The notes under the pieces were generated by a model. The model saw only the letters and a program-made list of their open reading frames with translations, searched no databases and had not been told where the DNA came from. Of a stretch of 64,000 nucleotides of DNA, positions 12,721-26,281 are shown piece by piece. The stretch spans positions 668,372-732,371 of the forward strand of contig MNCI01000986.1 of the NCBI GenBank assembly GCA_015680685.1. Reading direction: 5' to 3'. Position 1 is the first letter of the stretch. The number at the start of each line of letters is the position of its first letter. The stretch comes from Gnetum montanum. Lineage: Eukaryota > Plantae > Gnetophyta. Position numbers and translations under genes: made by a program.

Positions 12721-14948
12721 ATACCCATATGGATCTAGTTGTTTATAAGGGTACTACTACCTTGGTGGTGGCAACACCCAAGACTATAGTTGACACCACT
12801 ATTGATACTACTTGTACAGTTGTGGTGGAGTTCCACTTGGATAATATTTTTGTTGCTAATGGAACTACCTAGGATTACCTTGAGGATAAGACAATTTTCT
12901 GGGTGTTTGTCTTTTTGCTAGTCATACACCCTAAAATCCTATAAGTATGACATGATGGGGCAACATCCCTTAGGATGTTCATATTAGCAAATGTCACACC
13001 AACTATCATCATCTAATTTAGTTTTTGCAACTTCCTCTACTGTAGCAATCCTACCCTTGCCCCTTTGATTGGCACATTTAGCTTCTTTTCATCTCCTATA
13101 GTCATGATTACTACTTTGTTCTTTGGACTCTTCAACAATTTTTAGAATAGCTTGAAATTTTCTATTCATAGAGTCCCACAACTAATCTACCTTAGCCAAA
13201 TTTTCAAAGGTAAATTTTTGAATCAGCAAGGTTTTTCGATTCACCACCTCATCAAGTGGTGATTCCTCCTCACTATCACAAAATGGAACCTCCCTCTTAT
13301 GAATGGAAGGATCTTGGTTGTATTCTTCTGCACTTTCGTATTTTCTCAACTCTCCTTCTTCTTTTGCTACCTGCTCAATTAGCCTTTAGATCTAATGGGC
13401 TCTTAATTTTGACAATCTTCCTCAAATGTAGATCCTAAGAGTTCTCCTCATTTTAGAGCAAAGACCATCTATGATATGGCAAAGTTGTTCCTGTTGAGAG
13501 TAACCATGCTTAAGGCATCAATGTAATAAGGAATAATATCTACCCATGGTAGAATCCAAGGAGTCATGTGTTCCTTCCTTCCAATCTTGGTTCTACCTTC
13601 TCAAATTGGATACTCGGGAATATGTTTGATACTTATCATTGAATAGTTTGAGCATCATACTCCATCTATGAATTGATTCTGACTCCAAGGAATAGTACCA
13701 TCTTTCTACTTCTTTGGTGAGTGTCCTCAGAAATAACTTAAGCATTTGCTAGTCCTTTTCTATGTTATGTAAGGCACAAGCATTGTGAAAAGCCTAAAGA
13801 TGATTTTGTGGATCAAAGTTATATCCCCCCTCAAACCTGGGGATGTTGTTCATATCTAGTTACTTGATCCTACTATCTTTCACATGCCTTGTCAAAATTC
13901 TCACTGCCTCTACGATGTTTAACATGCTTCGGATGGTGAGCAAAGGCTCATTGTAGCCATGTCCCTAGTGCCTATGATGTCCTCTACTATCCCTTCTCTC
14001 ATGGTGATGGACCTCTCTTGCATTCCCATGCCACAGATCTCAACTTACTCAATGGTCCCTATGATCATCTTAGTCCTATCGATCATCTCCATCATAATCG
14101 CATCCCCTGCAATTACGTATGGAGCCAAAAGAGGAAGAAGATGATGACGAAGGTGAAGAGGGAGGAGAACTAGCATAATCATGGTGCCTACCACCTTCTC
14201 TTCAGTGGTCATGGCCACAATCATGATCATGCTACTTACCTACATCCCTATGATAACTCTTCTCTTTAATCCCACTTTGTCATGGGATTTGTTCTTGCCA
14301 AACCTCAGATTATGTATCATGAACTACAAGTTCTAGTTTTGACCCCCTTTATCGAAGTTAAAGAGAGGAGTCTCTTTGTATCAAAAACTCCCAGAGATGG
14401 GTTCTTCACCATCTTTTTGGCACATTAGGAATGGGAAATCATTGGACCACTTCCCCTTCATAGACTTGTAATGCTACTCTATTTATTAATCCCTCAAACA
14501 TTGTGCATCAGTAGGGTGATAATCCCTAGCATCACTATCCTGCACAACATATTCAGTATGAAGCCCTTAGATGCCCAACTACATAAGAGTTTGGTGGAGC
14601 ATCGTAGGAATGGATTGATCGAGCAACAACACAATGTTTCCCTCCATGTCTTACCACTACAGTTGTTCATCCCAGTGTAAAATGAAGGTGAATCTGGGTA
14701 CATACTCATTAGTATGAGCATATATCACTTTGTATTACTAGGGCACTTGCTAATTTACTTCGTCAGACTTGGGTGGAGAATCACTCCTATGAGAAGAAGA
14801 AATCTTTATTAGAAGACAAGAAATGCAATGTGCTTTCTTATAATTTTTGTAGTTATTTTGATGTATGATATGACTTTAGGATTTGTTCCAATGATGTTAA
14901 ATAAATTTTTTTACTGAGTCCTACATAGTGCACACAACAAACTAAAGG

Positions 14949-14966
14949 TCCCTAACAATGGCACCA
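14949..14966 (-). promoter_or_regulatory. primer-binding site (tRNA-Asp type, deaminated)
   Basis: TGGTGCCATTGTTAGGGA on minus, 1 nt from the LTR end; resembles TGGCGCCGTTGCCGGGGA. Confidence 0.8.
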
Positions 14967-17585
14967 ATGATGAGCAATGAGTATACCCTACACTCAACCA
15001 TAAAAATTATAAGCATTCATGTGCAATCTGGTCAAATTCTATAGACCTTAAGTTCCCAAGTACATTGGTTCCAGGAGGTGAAATTTAATCATGACAATCA
15101 TTGTCTTCCCAACTACCCTTGTGAAGCTTAGTTGTATGGTTAAGTGTAATTGGAACACATGATTTTTATTATTTTATATTTTATTCACCTATGATTGATA
15201 ACAAGTTGAAACTTAATTCATTAACCAATTTAACTAATTTGATTGCTAATTAATAACTAACTATCCTATCATAAGCATCTAGTCCCACTTTCCGTACACA
15301 TCCTGAATGCATACAACACTAGTGAGTTACCAAGCATTAGGCATTGTTGGGATTACCAAGTGATATATGTTATGCTCAAAGCAATCATACTTATGTTTTT
15401 AATATATTTAGCTTAATTCATTAATTAATTAAAATCTTACTTATTGTAATTAATGAAAATGGTAAATGTAGAAATAAATCATTAATCTATTCCAAGTGCT
15501 ACAAGGTTTGATCAAAAGGCTTATCTTTATTGCTATTCACACTACTGTACTCAAGTACATTAGTGCTCGAATAAAGATCTATACACTTTTTAACTTCTGC
15601 TACAGGCACTCAGAAAATATTCTAACTCTCAAATGAATAAACTACAAGAACCTTGGTAAGCTATTACTAAAAAACTCCCTCTTTACATGGTGGGAGCACC
15701 GTATTTATAGACTTTATTGTGGAGCTACACCAATGAGGCCTCATAAATGCAGCAAACACTACATTGACACAACCCCATCAATGGGGGCCTATTGACACAG
15801 CCCCGTCGATGCGACACTTTGACACTTCATCAACATAGATACTACACACATATTAACATAGTTGTCCCATATAGCAAACACACATACCAATGTAGCTTGG
15901 ACATAGAGTTATCTAAGCCCCATCTCATCTCCTTTGACTTTGGTTAATGGTAATCTTATTGAGAGTGTTGTCACACATTAAGATAACTAACCATCATAAA
16001 ATCCCAAAAAAAAAACTACATAGAACACTATGTAAGAAAATCCAATAAAAAACAAGAAACAAAACTAAGGAGTAGAAGACAATGCAAGGAAACAACATGT
16101 ATTAAAGCTAAAACAACCTAAGAAAAATTAACACATTGAATAAAGCTCATAATAATGCAAAAAAATTAAAAGCAAACACAAATTAAAACTAAAAAATGAT
16201 GAAACCACATATGGAAGAAAACTAGAAAAAATCAAAAATAAATTTAAAATTTCTTACAAGTAAAATTGTAGAATTAAGACATAATAAAATTAAAACAACA
16301 CAAATCAAAATGAAAACAATACATAGAATATAAAACACATAATTAAAATGAAAAAATTAAAAAATTAAAACCAAAGTGAAATTATCAAAGTTAACAAAAT
16401 TTTACAAATGGAATCAAATTCCAAATGGTACAAATTAGTGGATTTTAATTAAACTTAGGACATTCTTTTCTCTAATAAATAGTATTACCAACATGCTAAT
16501 AAGATTAATTAAGATTTTTTGTAATAAATTTATTATTTAAAATACTTGAAAGGGAAGGGCCCCTCCACTAACCAAGACCCTTTTGAAAAGTCCTAGAAGA
16601 TAGATAGCATTTAGACTCCTTCCACATTCATACTTGGTACATGTATTAATGTTGCTACCATGCATAGCTCACACATAAATCAATAAATTAATGCTTACGA
16701 GATGCCTCAACTTACTAATATTTACTAATTATTATAATTGTAAAAATAATTATACCCTTCATAATGATAGAAATTTTTTTCTATAAAAAAGCCTTAGCCT
16801 ACACTTTTACATAAAATCCCTAAAATGGGTTGAGAAGTGCGGATTACTAAGGAAAACATCAATAACACATTAAACACCTATAACCACTAACAAGGACAAC
16901 ATTTTAGGGTTTATGCTTCTTCTTTTTTTCTTTTATATTTTTTTATCTTTCTTTCTTCTTCCTTTTTTTTAACTCTTTTCTTTTAATGTATTGAATAGCA
17001 AATTTTAAGGATACCCTTTAATAATACAATGGCAATTTCAATGCTTTTTTTAATAAAATTTAAAAATTTTAGCTATTTTTTTATATTCTCTAACAACATA
17101 AAACAAAACTACCTAAAACATAAATGAGCATAGTTGAAATTCAACATGGAAACCTCTAAAACCTCTCTTACTATTTACAATGAATATTGGAAAAATGAAT
17201 CCAAATATGTAAAATAGTAAATATTAATGAGAAGATCCATATTAATGTTTTTCACCAAAAATGAAATATAGATTTAGAAAAAAGTAAAATGCAGGAAGCA
17301 TCCATCTATAAAATAACACCACAGATTAAAAACCACCTGAAATATAAATGAGTATAACTAAAATTTAATGCAACAAAGTCTAAATCCTCTCTTATTGTTC
17401 ATGATCAAAATCAAGAATAAAATAAGAAGAAAAAAATAGATATTAATGTAGCAACCTCCAAAATCTTTCTTATTATTGAAAATGAAAATAGAAAAAAAAA
17501 TCTAAATCTATAAAATAATCAATATTGATAAAAAGAAGTAGATCACTCTACTCCTACCCCTATTTTTCCTTGATAGTGAAATATA

Positions 17586-17736
17586 AAGAATCATCACCTA
17601 AAGGCTTAATACTCATCTCACCAAGGTGGGGTCCCAAGAGGATTGGTGGATAAGCGAAAGCCTAACCTCTTTTGAGTAGCTACACCAAGGCTCAAACTCA
17701 AGTCTTACGACCTAAGAAATAAACACCTTATCATCA
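17586..17736 (-). mobile_element. tRNA-derived SINE (Au/RTE-tail-like), decayed
   Basis: B-box-like GAGTTTGAGCC, GACCCCACCTTGGTG body and GATGAT tail on minus. Imperfect 17-bp TSD CTTGATAGTGAAATATA (17569-17585) / CTTGATAATAAAATATA (17737-17753). Confidence 0.6.
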
Positions 17737-18021
17737 CTTGATAATAAAATATAGATTTAGAAAAAATAAAAGCATAAGAAGTATCCATCTACAACATGAC
17801 ATTATAAAATAAAATCACAATAAAATAAAATGTAGATATAAATCTTAAAAGAAAAGAAGGATTTGAAAACAAGATAATAACACTATGCTTTGTCATTTCA
17901 CGGAGGTAGTTGAATAGAAACTTGATATAGGTTCTAAGTAGAATTAGCCAAGTTGAGTGACATTTGTTAATCACATAGAACATATCAAAAATGAATGTAC
18001 ATAAAGCTTTTATACATATAT

Positions 18022-21000
18022 TGTAAGGTGGATGAAGGGATGAAGGAAACTTTGTCTTAATTTTATCCAACATGGATATCTCCATCACAAATATTTTGAC
18101 CTTCATTATGCTATTTTTTGATTCTATGTATATCCTAGTTCCTCATTTGTTTGTTCCTATACCTATCCACACCAAAAATAAACTATCTTCTCTTCCTTTA
18201 TTTTGCATTTATTTTGGTAACTCTAGCAATATATATGGAGCTCTAAGGAAGCATCCTTGACACATGACACAACACAAAAATGGCTAATGCCTAAGCTACA
18301 ATCCTTCCCTCCATTATACTCATTAATTCTCTTTGTACTTCAATCTTGAAGTTATGCTGCTACTAACGATTCAGGAATTGATTTTTGCTAGGGTTTTTCA
18401 CCTTGAAGTTTTTCCCTAGCACAACTTTGTATCTTGCCAATTTTTGCATTAATATTCATTTTATCTAAAAATTTTATTAGTATTATGTGCAAGAGACTAG
18501 GAATAAAAATTGGTATCATAGCAAGGTTCTACACAAAACAAATTTTCTTTGTCTAAGTGTTTGCAAGGAATCATGACCAACTCTTCAACCAAATTTAAGA
18601 TTGAAAACTTCAATAGATCCAATTATGAACTATGGAAGATCAAGATGAAGAATCTTTTGATTGAAAAAGATCAACACGTTTTAATCTTAAGCACAAATCC
18701 AAATAAAGTTTCTGATGAAGAATGGAAAAAATTGAACTTAAAAGTGATAAGTACCATTCATTTATATTTGTCAGATTTAGTATTGCTTAACGTTTCCAAT
18801 GATTCTTCTTCTAAGGATTTATGGGATGAGCTGCAAGCTTTATACCAAACAAAATCCTTAACAAATTAGTTATTTTTAAAGAAGTGATTATATGAATGTA
18901 AAATGGTTGAAAGTATAGCTATTACAAAACACTTGAACACCTTTAATACATTAGTTCATCAACTGAAATCCATTGAGATGAAAATGAATGAGGAAGATCA
19001 ATGCATCACATTCATCAACACACTTCCAAATTCATGGAACATATTTGTGATAAATGTAAGTAATACATCTACCAACTTTATTTTTGATAATATTGGTGGT
19101 TAGTTATTGTTTGAGGAAGCAAGAAAAAAATGTATACTCCTCAAAATGATGTATTATTTGGTAAAAATGATGTAAAGCAAAATTTTTTCAAGAGGGCTCA
19201 ATTTAAGAATAAATCTCAAAAAAAATTTTAAAAAGCCATCTAAATGTTGGAATTGTGGTAAAGCTGGTCATGTAAAGAAATATTATAAAGCCCCTCCAGA
19301 AAAGGAAAAAGAGAATAATGTATCAAAAAGTGATAAAGCCCCTCCTGCTTGAGAGGGAGATTTATATGTTGTGTCATCCTTTGATAATGTTGATACATAT
19401 TCATGTTTGTGGACTCGTGTAGCTCATCACTACACTCTACATGTTAATTGGTTCAGGGAGTATATATCATTTGATCTCAAAATGGTAAGATTGGGTAATG
19501 ATGGTTTGTGCAAAGTTATAGGTTATGAAAAGATAAAGATTTAGTTTAATGATGAAATAGTTAAATCAATTCCCAATGTATGTCATGTTTCAACACTTAC
19601 TAAAAATATATTGTCTATAAGTGAATTGAATGATGCAAGACTAATTCTTATCTTTAGAGGTGGAAAATATTCAATATTGCATAGTTCATTTGTTTTGGCT
19701 TTTAGAAATACAACTAGCTAGTTGTATAAATTAGAAGCTAAGACATTAAATCAAAGATTAAGTGCATTTGCAGTTATTGATTTAAATTCAAGTATTGATT
19801 TATGGCATAAAAGAATGAGATATCTTGGTAAAAAATGACTTAAGGAACTTTACAAGCAAGGTAAATTTAAGTTTTAAAAGATTTTTTAGATTTCTATCAT
19901 CATTGTCTATATGGCAAACAAAGGAATTATAGTTTTTAAAAAATTAATGCTAAATCTCTTCAAATATTAAAACTAATGCATAGTGATGTATATGAACCAG
20001 TTAAAGATATTAGCACAAGTTCTCTTAAAGGAACTATGTATTATGTTTCTTTTATTGATAGAAAGAGTTGAATCTATTTATTAAAACATAAGTTTGAAGT
20101 ATTTGAAAAATTCAAAGAATTCAAAGCTCCTTGTCAAGAATTATTTAGGAAAGAAAATCAAAATTCTAAGAATTGACAATGGTGGTGAGTTTTGTTTAAA
20201 TCAATTTAATGCTTTCTATAAAGAACAAGGTATTCAAAGGCAAAAGACTATTCCAAGGACTCCTTAAAAATGGAGTATCAAAGCGCTCAATCAAACATTG
20301 ATGAAATATGCTAGATGTATGCTCAATGAATCTAATCTTGATAAGTGTTTCTAGGGTGAAGCAGTAATGACTACATGTTATCTTATCAATAAATCTCCTT
20401 CATCAACTCTTGACGTAAAAATTCTGAAGGAAGATTGGAGTGGTATGTCCATTAATTAAAATTATTTAAAGATTTTTGGTTGTGAAGCCTATGTACATGT
20501 TCCAAAATCTCATAGGTCCAAATTAGACTCTAAGTTTATCAAATGTATTTTTCTTGGCTATGGACATGCTATTAAAGCTTATAAGTTATATAACCCAAAA
20601 AGTAAAAGGATTATTTATAGTCGAGATGTCATATTTAAAATAATGTGGATCTATGAAGGAGGAATCTTTAAATACTAAAACTCTTTCAAATAATGTAACT
20701 CCTATGTATGTGCCTATTGAAATTAATGATGAAATTTCTGAGGATCATCCTCCCTTGGTGAGGAATATTGCCCCTAGCGAAGAAGATGGTGATAGCATGG
20801 TAGATCAAGAGGAACTACATGAAGAGGGAGAAAATAGTTTCAATGAAGATGAGCCATTAATACATTCAACACATATAAGAAAATTCCCATGATATCTAAA
20901 TGAACATGTATTGTTTACTAAAAATGATGAGCCTTCAACATATAATGAGGCATGTTTATCCTTGCAAAAATATAGAATGGAAACAAGCAATGGATGTTGA

Positions 21001-22979
21001 AATTTCATTAATTCATAAGAATAAAACATGAAAATTGGTTGAACTTCTACCAGGTAGGAAACTCATTGGAAATAAATGGGTGTATAGGATAAAATCTAAA
21101 AAACAATTCAAAGCTCGACTTGTTGCTAAAGGATATTCTTAGAAAAATGGAATTAATTATGATGAAATTTTTTTCCATTAGTTAAATTAACATCCATAAG
21201 ATCATTATCATTCATTATAGCTATTTATAAGCTTGAACTTGAACAAATAGATGTGAAAATAACATTCCTCAATCATGATCTTGAGGAAGAAATCTATATG
21301 CTTCAACTAGAAGGATATGAAATAAATGGAAAAGAACATATGGTGTGTCAATTATTAAAATTGCTATATGGGCTCAAACAAGCACCAAGGATATGGAATA
21401 AAAAGTTCAATGACCACATGATGAATCTTGGCTTTGTTAGAAGTGTAACAGACAAGTGAAAAATATATCAGCTTGCTACTATATGTTGATGACATGTTGA
21501 TGGAAGGTAATAAGATACAAGATATTTAGGAGTTAAAACTTCATTTGTCTTCTCAATTTGAGATGAAGGATCTTAGTGCTACACAAAAAATTTTAGGCAT
21601 GAAAATTAAAAGGGACAACGCAAATAAAAGCCTTTGGCTTGGATAGCCTACATATGTTGAAAATATTTAATATGCATGACTGCAAGCTTATGACTACACC
21701 TTGTGAAACTAGTATTAAACTTTTAATTGAATAATGCCCAAAGACAAGAAAAAAAAAGAGCTCATGGTTAAAATTCCATATGTTAGTGCTTTCAGAAATT
21801 TAATGTATGCAGTGGTCTCTACTAGACATGATATTGCTTATATTGTTGAAAAACATAGTCAATATATGACCAATCCAAGGAAACAACACTGGGTTGCAAT
21901 AGAACAAGTGATTTGATATCTTTGTAGTACTATGAATTATGAAATCTATTACAAAAATGATTCCAATGGACTTCATGGCTTCATTGATGCAAATTGGGGC
22001 AATGATATTGATAGTAGGAAATCTACTAGTGGATATGTGTTTAATCTTTCTTAAGGTGTTGTTTCTTAGAAAAGTTAGAAATAATCTTGTGTTGCTTAGT
22101 CTACTATTGAAGCTGAACATGTGGGTGCTAACTTGGCATTCAAAGAGGCTATATGGCTTTAAAAGCTAACAGCTGAACTTGGCATCACTTAAACTTTGAT
22201 TAATATTGGCTGTTATAGTCAAAGTGTCATAAGCATATCCAAGAATCTAACTTTTCATTTCCAAATGAAGCAAATTGAAATATGGTATCACTACATACAA
22301 AAGGAAATTAAAAAGTAAAGGATTATTCTAAATAAGATATCTATTGAAGCAAATCCTATAGATATACTCACCAAGTCAACTCTTGCTAAAAAGCTTCTTT
22401 GGTGTTGATCAACATTTGGTCTTCTTCAAACCTGATTTCCTAAAATGGTATAGACTATTCTTTAAAGCCGCTTTACCTTCAAGAGGAAGAATTGTAAGAT
22501 GGATGAAGACATGAAAGCAAATCTACCTTAATTTTCTCCAACGTGGATTTCTCCACCGTAGATATTTTGGCCTTCATTATGCTATTTTTTTATTCTATGT
22601 ACATCATAGTACCTTTTTTCCCCCTATTTTTGTACCTATCCCCACCAAAAATAAACTACCTTATCCCCCTTTATTTTGGGTTTATTTTGGTAATCTAAGT
22701 AATATATATGAAGCTTGAAGAGAGCATCCTTGACACAACACAACACAACAATGGCCAATGCCTAAGCTGCAATCCTTCCCTCCATTGTACTCATTAATTC
22801 TCTCTATGCTTTAATCTTGAAGCTATGCTGCTATTAATGGTCCACTAACTGATTTTTGCTAGGATTTTTCACCTTGAAAGATTTCCCTAGGGTAACTCTG
22901 TGTCTTGCCAATTTTTGCATTATTCTTCATTTTATCTAAAAATCTTATTAGTATTGTGTGCAAGAAACTAGGAATAATA
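18022..22979 (+). mobile_element. full-length degenerate Ty1/copia LTR retrotransposon
   Basis: LTRs 18022-18508 and 22493-22979, TSD TATAT on both sides, PBS TGGTATCATAGC (18511-18522, tRNA-iMet) and PPT before 22493. Domain order gag (CWNCGKAGH), INT, RT (LYVDDML), RH. Confidence 0.95.
18573..22434 (+). pseudogene. copia gag-pol, multiply disrupted
   Basis: Fragments KIENFNRSNYELWK, RIDNGGEF, FKARLVAKG and LYGLKQAPR, with many stops and frameshifts. Confidence 0.9.
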
Positions 22980-23424
22980 TATATTACATACACTTGGTAA
23001 TATTTTATTGGTATAAACAATAAAAGCTACTGCAAAATAGCACATGCATTAATACATCCTTTTATGTTGACACCATGAGTGTGACTAAGAATTTTACAAG
23101 ATACATTAATGTAACTTGGTAATATGGCCAAAGTTTATAACACACATATCTATAATAATTGAGCATGTATAAAAAAAATATCAAGTCTCACACACCAATA
23201 ATATTAAATTTTTAACATTACCTTTCTATGCTCTACAAAGATTTTACCTTTCTATGCTCTGCAAAGATTTTTCATTTGTCTTTTCTTGTAGAACAATATG
23301 TGGTTGAGGAATGGGAATTGTTAGAACCCTAAAAGAATTATAATATAGTTCAATTAAAACTTTGTCCACTAGAATTAAACTTATGACTTGAGCTTTATGA
23401 ATCTTAGCAATAAGGCCAAACAAT

Positions 23425-26281
23425 TGCAAGTAGAATTCACCACAACCAATCATGGAAGAAAAATTAGATCAAGAACCATTAAATGATGAAAGCCATGACA
23501 ATCGATTTTGTAGGTAGAATTCACCACAGCCAATCATGGAAGAAAAATTAGATTAGTAGCAATTAAATGATGGAAGCCATGGCAATGGATGTATAAATGA
23601 AAAAAATGGTTGACCAACAACAAAGGAGGATTAACCAAAAACCCGTGGCTGTTTAACGTGCAATTGAACAAGACAAAATATTCGAAGAATTCACCACAAC
23701 CAATCATGGAAGAAAAATCAGATCAAAAGGAATTAAATAATGAAATCCATAGCAATGGATGTAAAAATAAAATAAAAAAGGTTGATCAAGCGCAACATTT
23801 GAGGAGGATCAAGCGAAAACAACGTGCAATTGAATAGGAGAAAACATTAGTAGGTAGAATTCGCCATAGCCAATCATCAAAGAAAAATTAGATTAGCATC
23901 AATTAAATGATGAAAGCCATGGCAATGGATTTAAAAAAAAATGGTTGATCAAGTGTAATGACAAAGGAGGGCCAATCGTTGTTTAATGTGCAATTGAACA
24001 GAAAAAATCATTCACAAGTAGAATTCACTAGAACCAATCATGGAAGAAAAACTAGATCAGATGAAAGCCATGACAATGGATGTAAAATTGTAAAAAATGG
24101 GTGATAAAGTGCAACAACAAAGAAGGATCAAGCAAAAACACATCGCTATTTGATATGCAATTAAAGAAGAGAAAACATTTGCAAGTAGAATTCTCCACAG
24201 CCAATAATGGAAGAAAAATTAGATTAGCAATAATTAAATGATGAAAGCCATAGCAATGGATGTAAAAATAAAAAAAGGGTTGATCAATTGTAATGATTAA
24301 GGAAGATAAACCAAAAACATGTTGTTGTTTAACATGCAATTGAATAGGAAAAACATTCGTAGGTAGGATTCACCACAACCAATCATGGAAGAAAAATTAG
24401 ATCAAGAGCAATTAAATGATGAAAGCCACAGAAATGGATGTAAAAATAAAACAAAGGATTGATGAACTACAATAACAATGAGGATTAACCAAAAACACAT
24501 TGCTATTTAATGTGTAATTGAACAAGAGAAAACATTTCTAGGTAGAATTCACCACCAGCCAGTCATGGAAGAAAAATTAGATGAATAACAATTAAATGAT
24601 GAAAGCCATGGAAATGGATATAAAAATGAAAAAAATGGTTAATCAAGTGCAACAACAAAGGAGAATCAACCAAAAACACATTGTTTTTTAACATGTAAAT
24701 AGAAGAAAACATTCGCAAGTAGAATTCACCACAACCAATCATGGAAGAAAAATTAGATAAGATGAAAGCCACAGTAATGGATGTAAAAAATGAAAAAAGG
24801 GGTTGATCAAGTGCAATGAAAAAGGAGGATCAACAGAAAACATGTAGCTATTTAACGTGTAATTAAACAAGAGAAAACATCGGCAGCTAGAATTCACCAC
24901 AGCCAATTATGGAAGAAAAATTAGATTCTCAGTAATTAAATGATAAAAGTCATATGTAAAAATGAAAAAAAAGGGTTGATCACGTGCAACAATTAAGGAG
25001 GATCAATTGAAAATACATCGTTGTTTAACATGCAATTGAACAAGATAAAACATTCGCAAGTACAATTCATCATAGCCAATCATGGGAAAAAAATTAGATC
25101 ATTAGCAATTAAATGATGAAAGCTACAACAATGGATGTAAAAATGAAACAAAGGGTTGATCAAGTACAATGGCAAAGGCATTGTTTTACGTGAAATTGAA
25201 CAAAAGAAAAAATTTGTAAATTAAATTCTCCATAGTAAATCATGGAAGAAAAATTAAATCAACAGCAATTAAATGATGAAAGCCATCACAATGGATGTAA
25301 AACTAAAAAAAAGGGTTGATCAAGTGCAACGACAAAAGAGGATCAACTGAAAACACATCGCTATTTAATGTGCAGGAGAAAACATTCGCAAATATAATTC
25401 ACCACAGCCAGTCATGAAAAGAAAATTAGATCAACAACAATTAAATGATGAAAGCCATGGCAATGAATATAAAAATAAAAAAATGGTTGATCAAGTGTAA
25501 CGTGCAATTAAATAAGAAAAAACATTCGTATGTAAAATTCACCACAACAAGATTGGAAGAAAAATTCAATTAGATGAAAGTAAGGGCAATGGATATAAAA
25601 ATGAAAAAGAGGGTTGATCAAGTGCAACAACAAAGGAAGATCAACCGAAAACATGTTGCTGTTTAATGTGCAATTGAATAAGAGAAAAAATTCGTAGGTA
25701 AAATTCACCACATCCAATAATGGAAGATAAATTAAATTAACAGTAATTAAATGAGATAAGCAATGACAATGGATGTAAAAATTAAAAAAGGGTTGATAAA
25801 GTGCAATGATTAAGGAGGATCAACCAAAACCACGTCACTATTTAACGTCTAATTAAATAGGAAAAAATATTCATAGGTAGAATTCACCACATTAAATAAG
25901 CAACAATTAAATGATAAAAGCCATTACAAAGCATGTAAAAATGAAAAAAATGGTTAATCAAGTGCAAAAACCATAGGTTATGGAAGAAAAATTAGATCAA
26001 TAGCAATTAAATGATGAAAGTCACAAAAATAGATGTAAAAATGAAACAAAGTGTTGATCAAATGAGGATCAACCAAAAGTACGTCGCTATTTAATGTGCA
26101 ATTGAACAAGAGAAAACATTCCCAGGTAAAATTCACCACAGCCAATTATGGAGAAGAAATTAGATCAATAGTAATTAAATAATGAAAGCCGTGGCTAAAA
26201 ATGAAAAAAATGGTTGATCAAGTGCAATGACAAAGGAGGATCAACTGAAAACATGTTGTTTAATGTGCAATTGAACAAGAG
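23425..26281 (+). repeat. ~179-bp tandem repeat array, block 1 (~16-17 diverged monomers)
   Basis: Recurrent unit GTAGAATTCACCACAGCCAATCATGGAAGAAAAATTAGATC...GGGTTGATCAAGTGCAAC...GTGCAATTGAACAGGAGAAAACATTCGCAG. Confidence 0.95.

Larger units (their letters stand above)
6850..15996 (-). mobile_element. truncated Athila-type Ty3/gypsy element (5' LTR, PBS, gag, RH-INT, env-like ORF; PR-RT deleted; 3' LTR missing)
   Basis: 5' LTR ~14968-15996, tRNA-Asp-type PBS, gag ~12740-14720, RNase H and integrase ~10735-12547 (ORFs 12232..12516 and 10961..11338). Collinear with the 26282-36183 element. Confidence 0.9.

Noticed and set aside
16000-17560. AT-rich block as a gene or defined element
   Set aside because: No recognisable ORF, termini or TSD; left unclassified.
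23425-26281. Box C/D snoRNA cluster (ATGATGA ... CTGA in monomers)
   Set aside because: The CTGA position varies as CCGA/CTGA/CCAA, consistent with CpG decay of CCGA, and there is no terminal stem.
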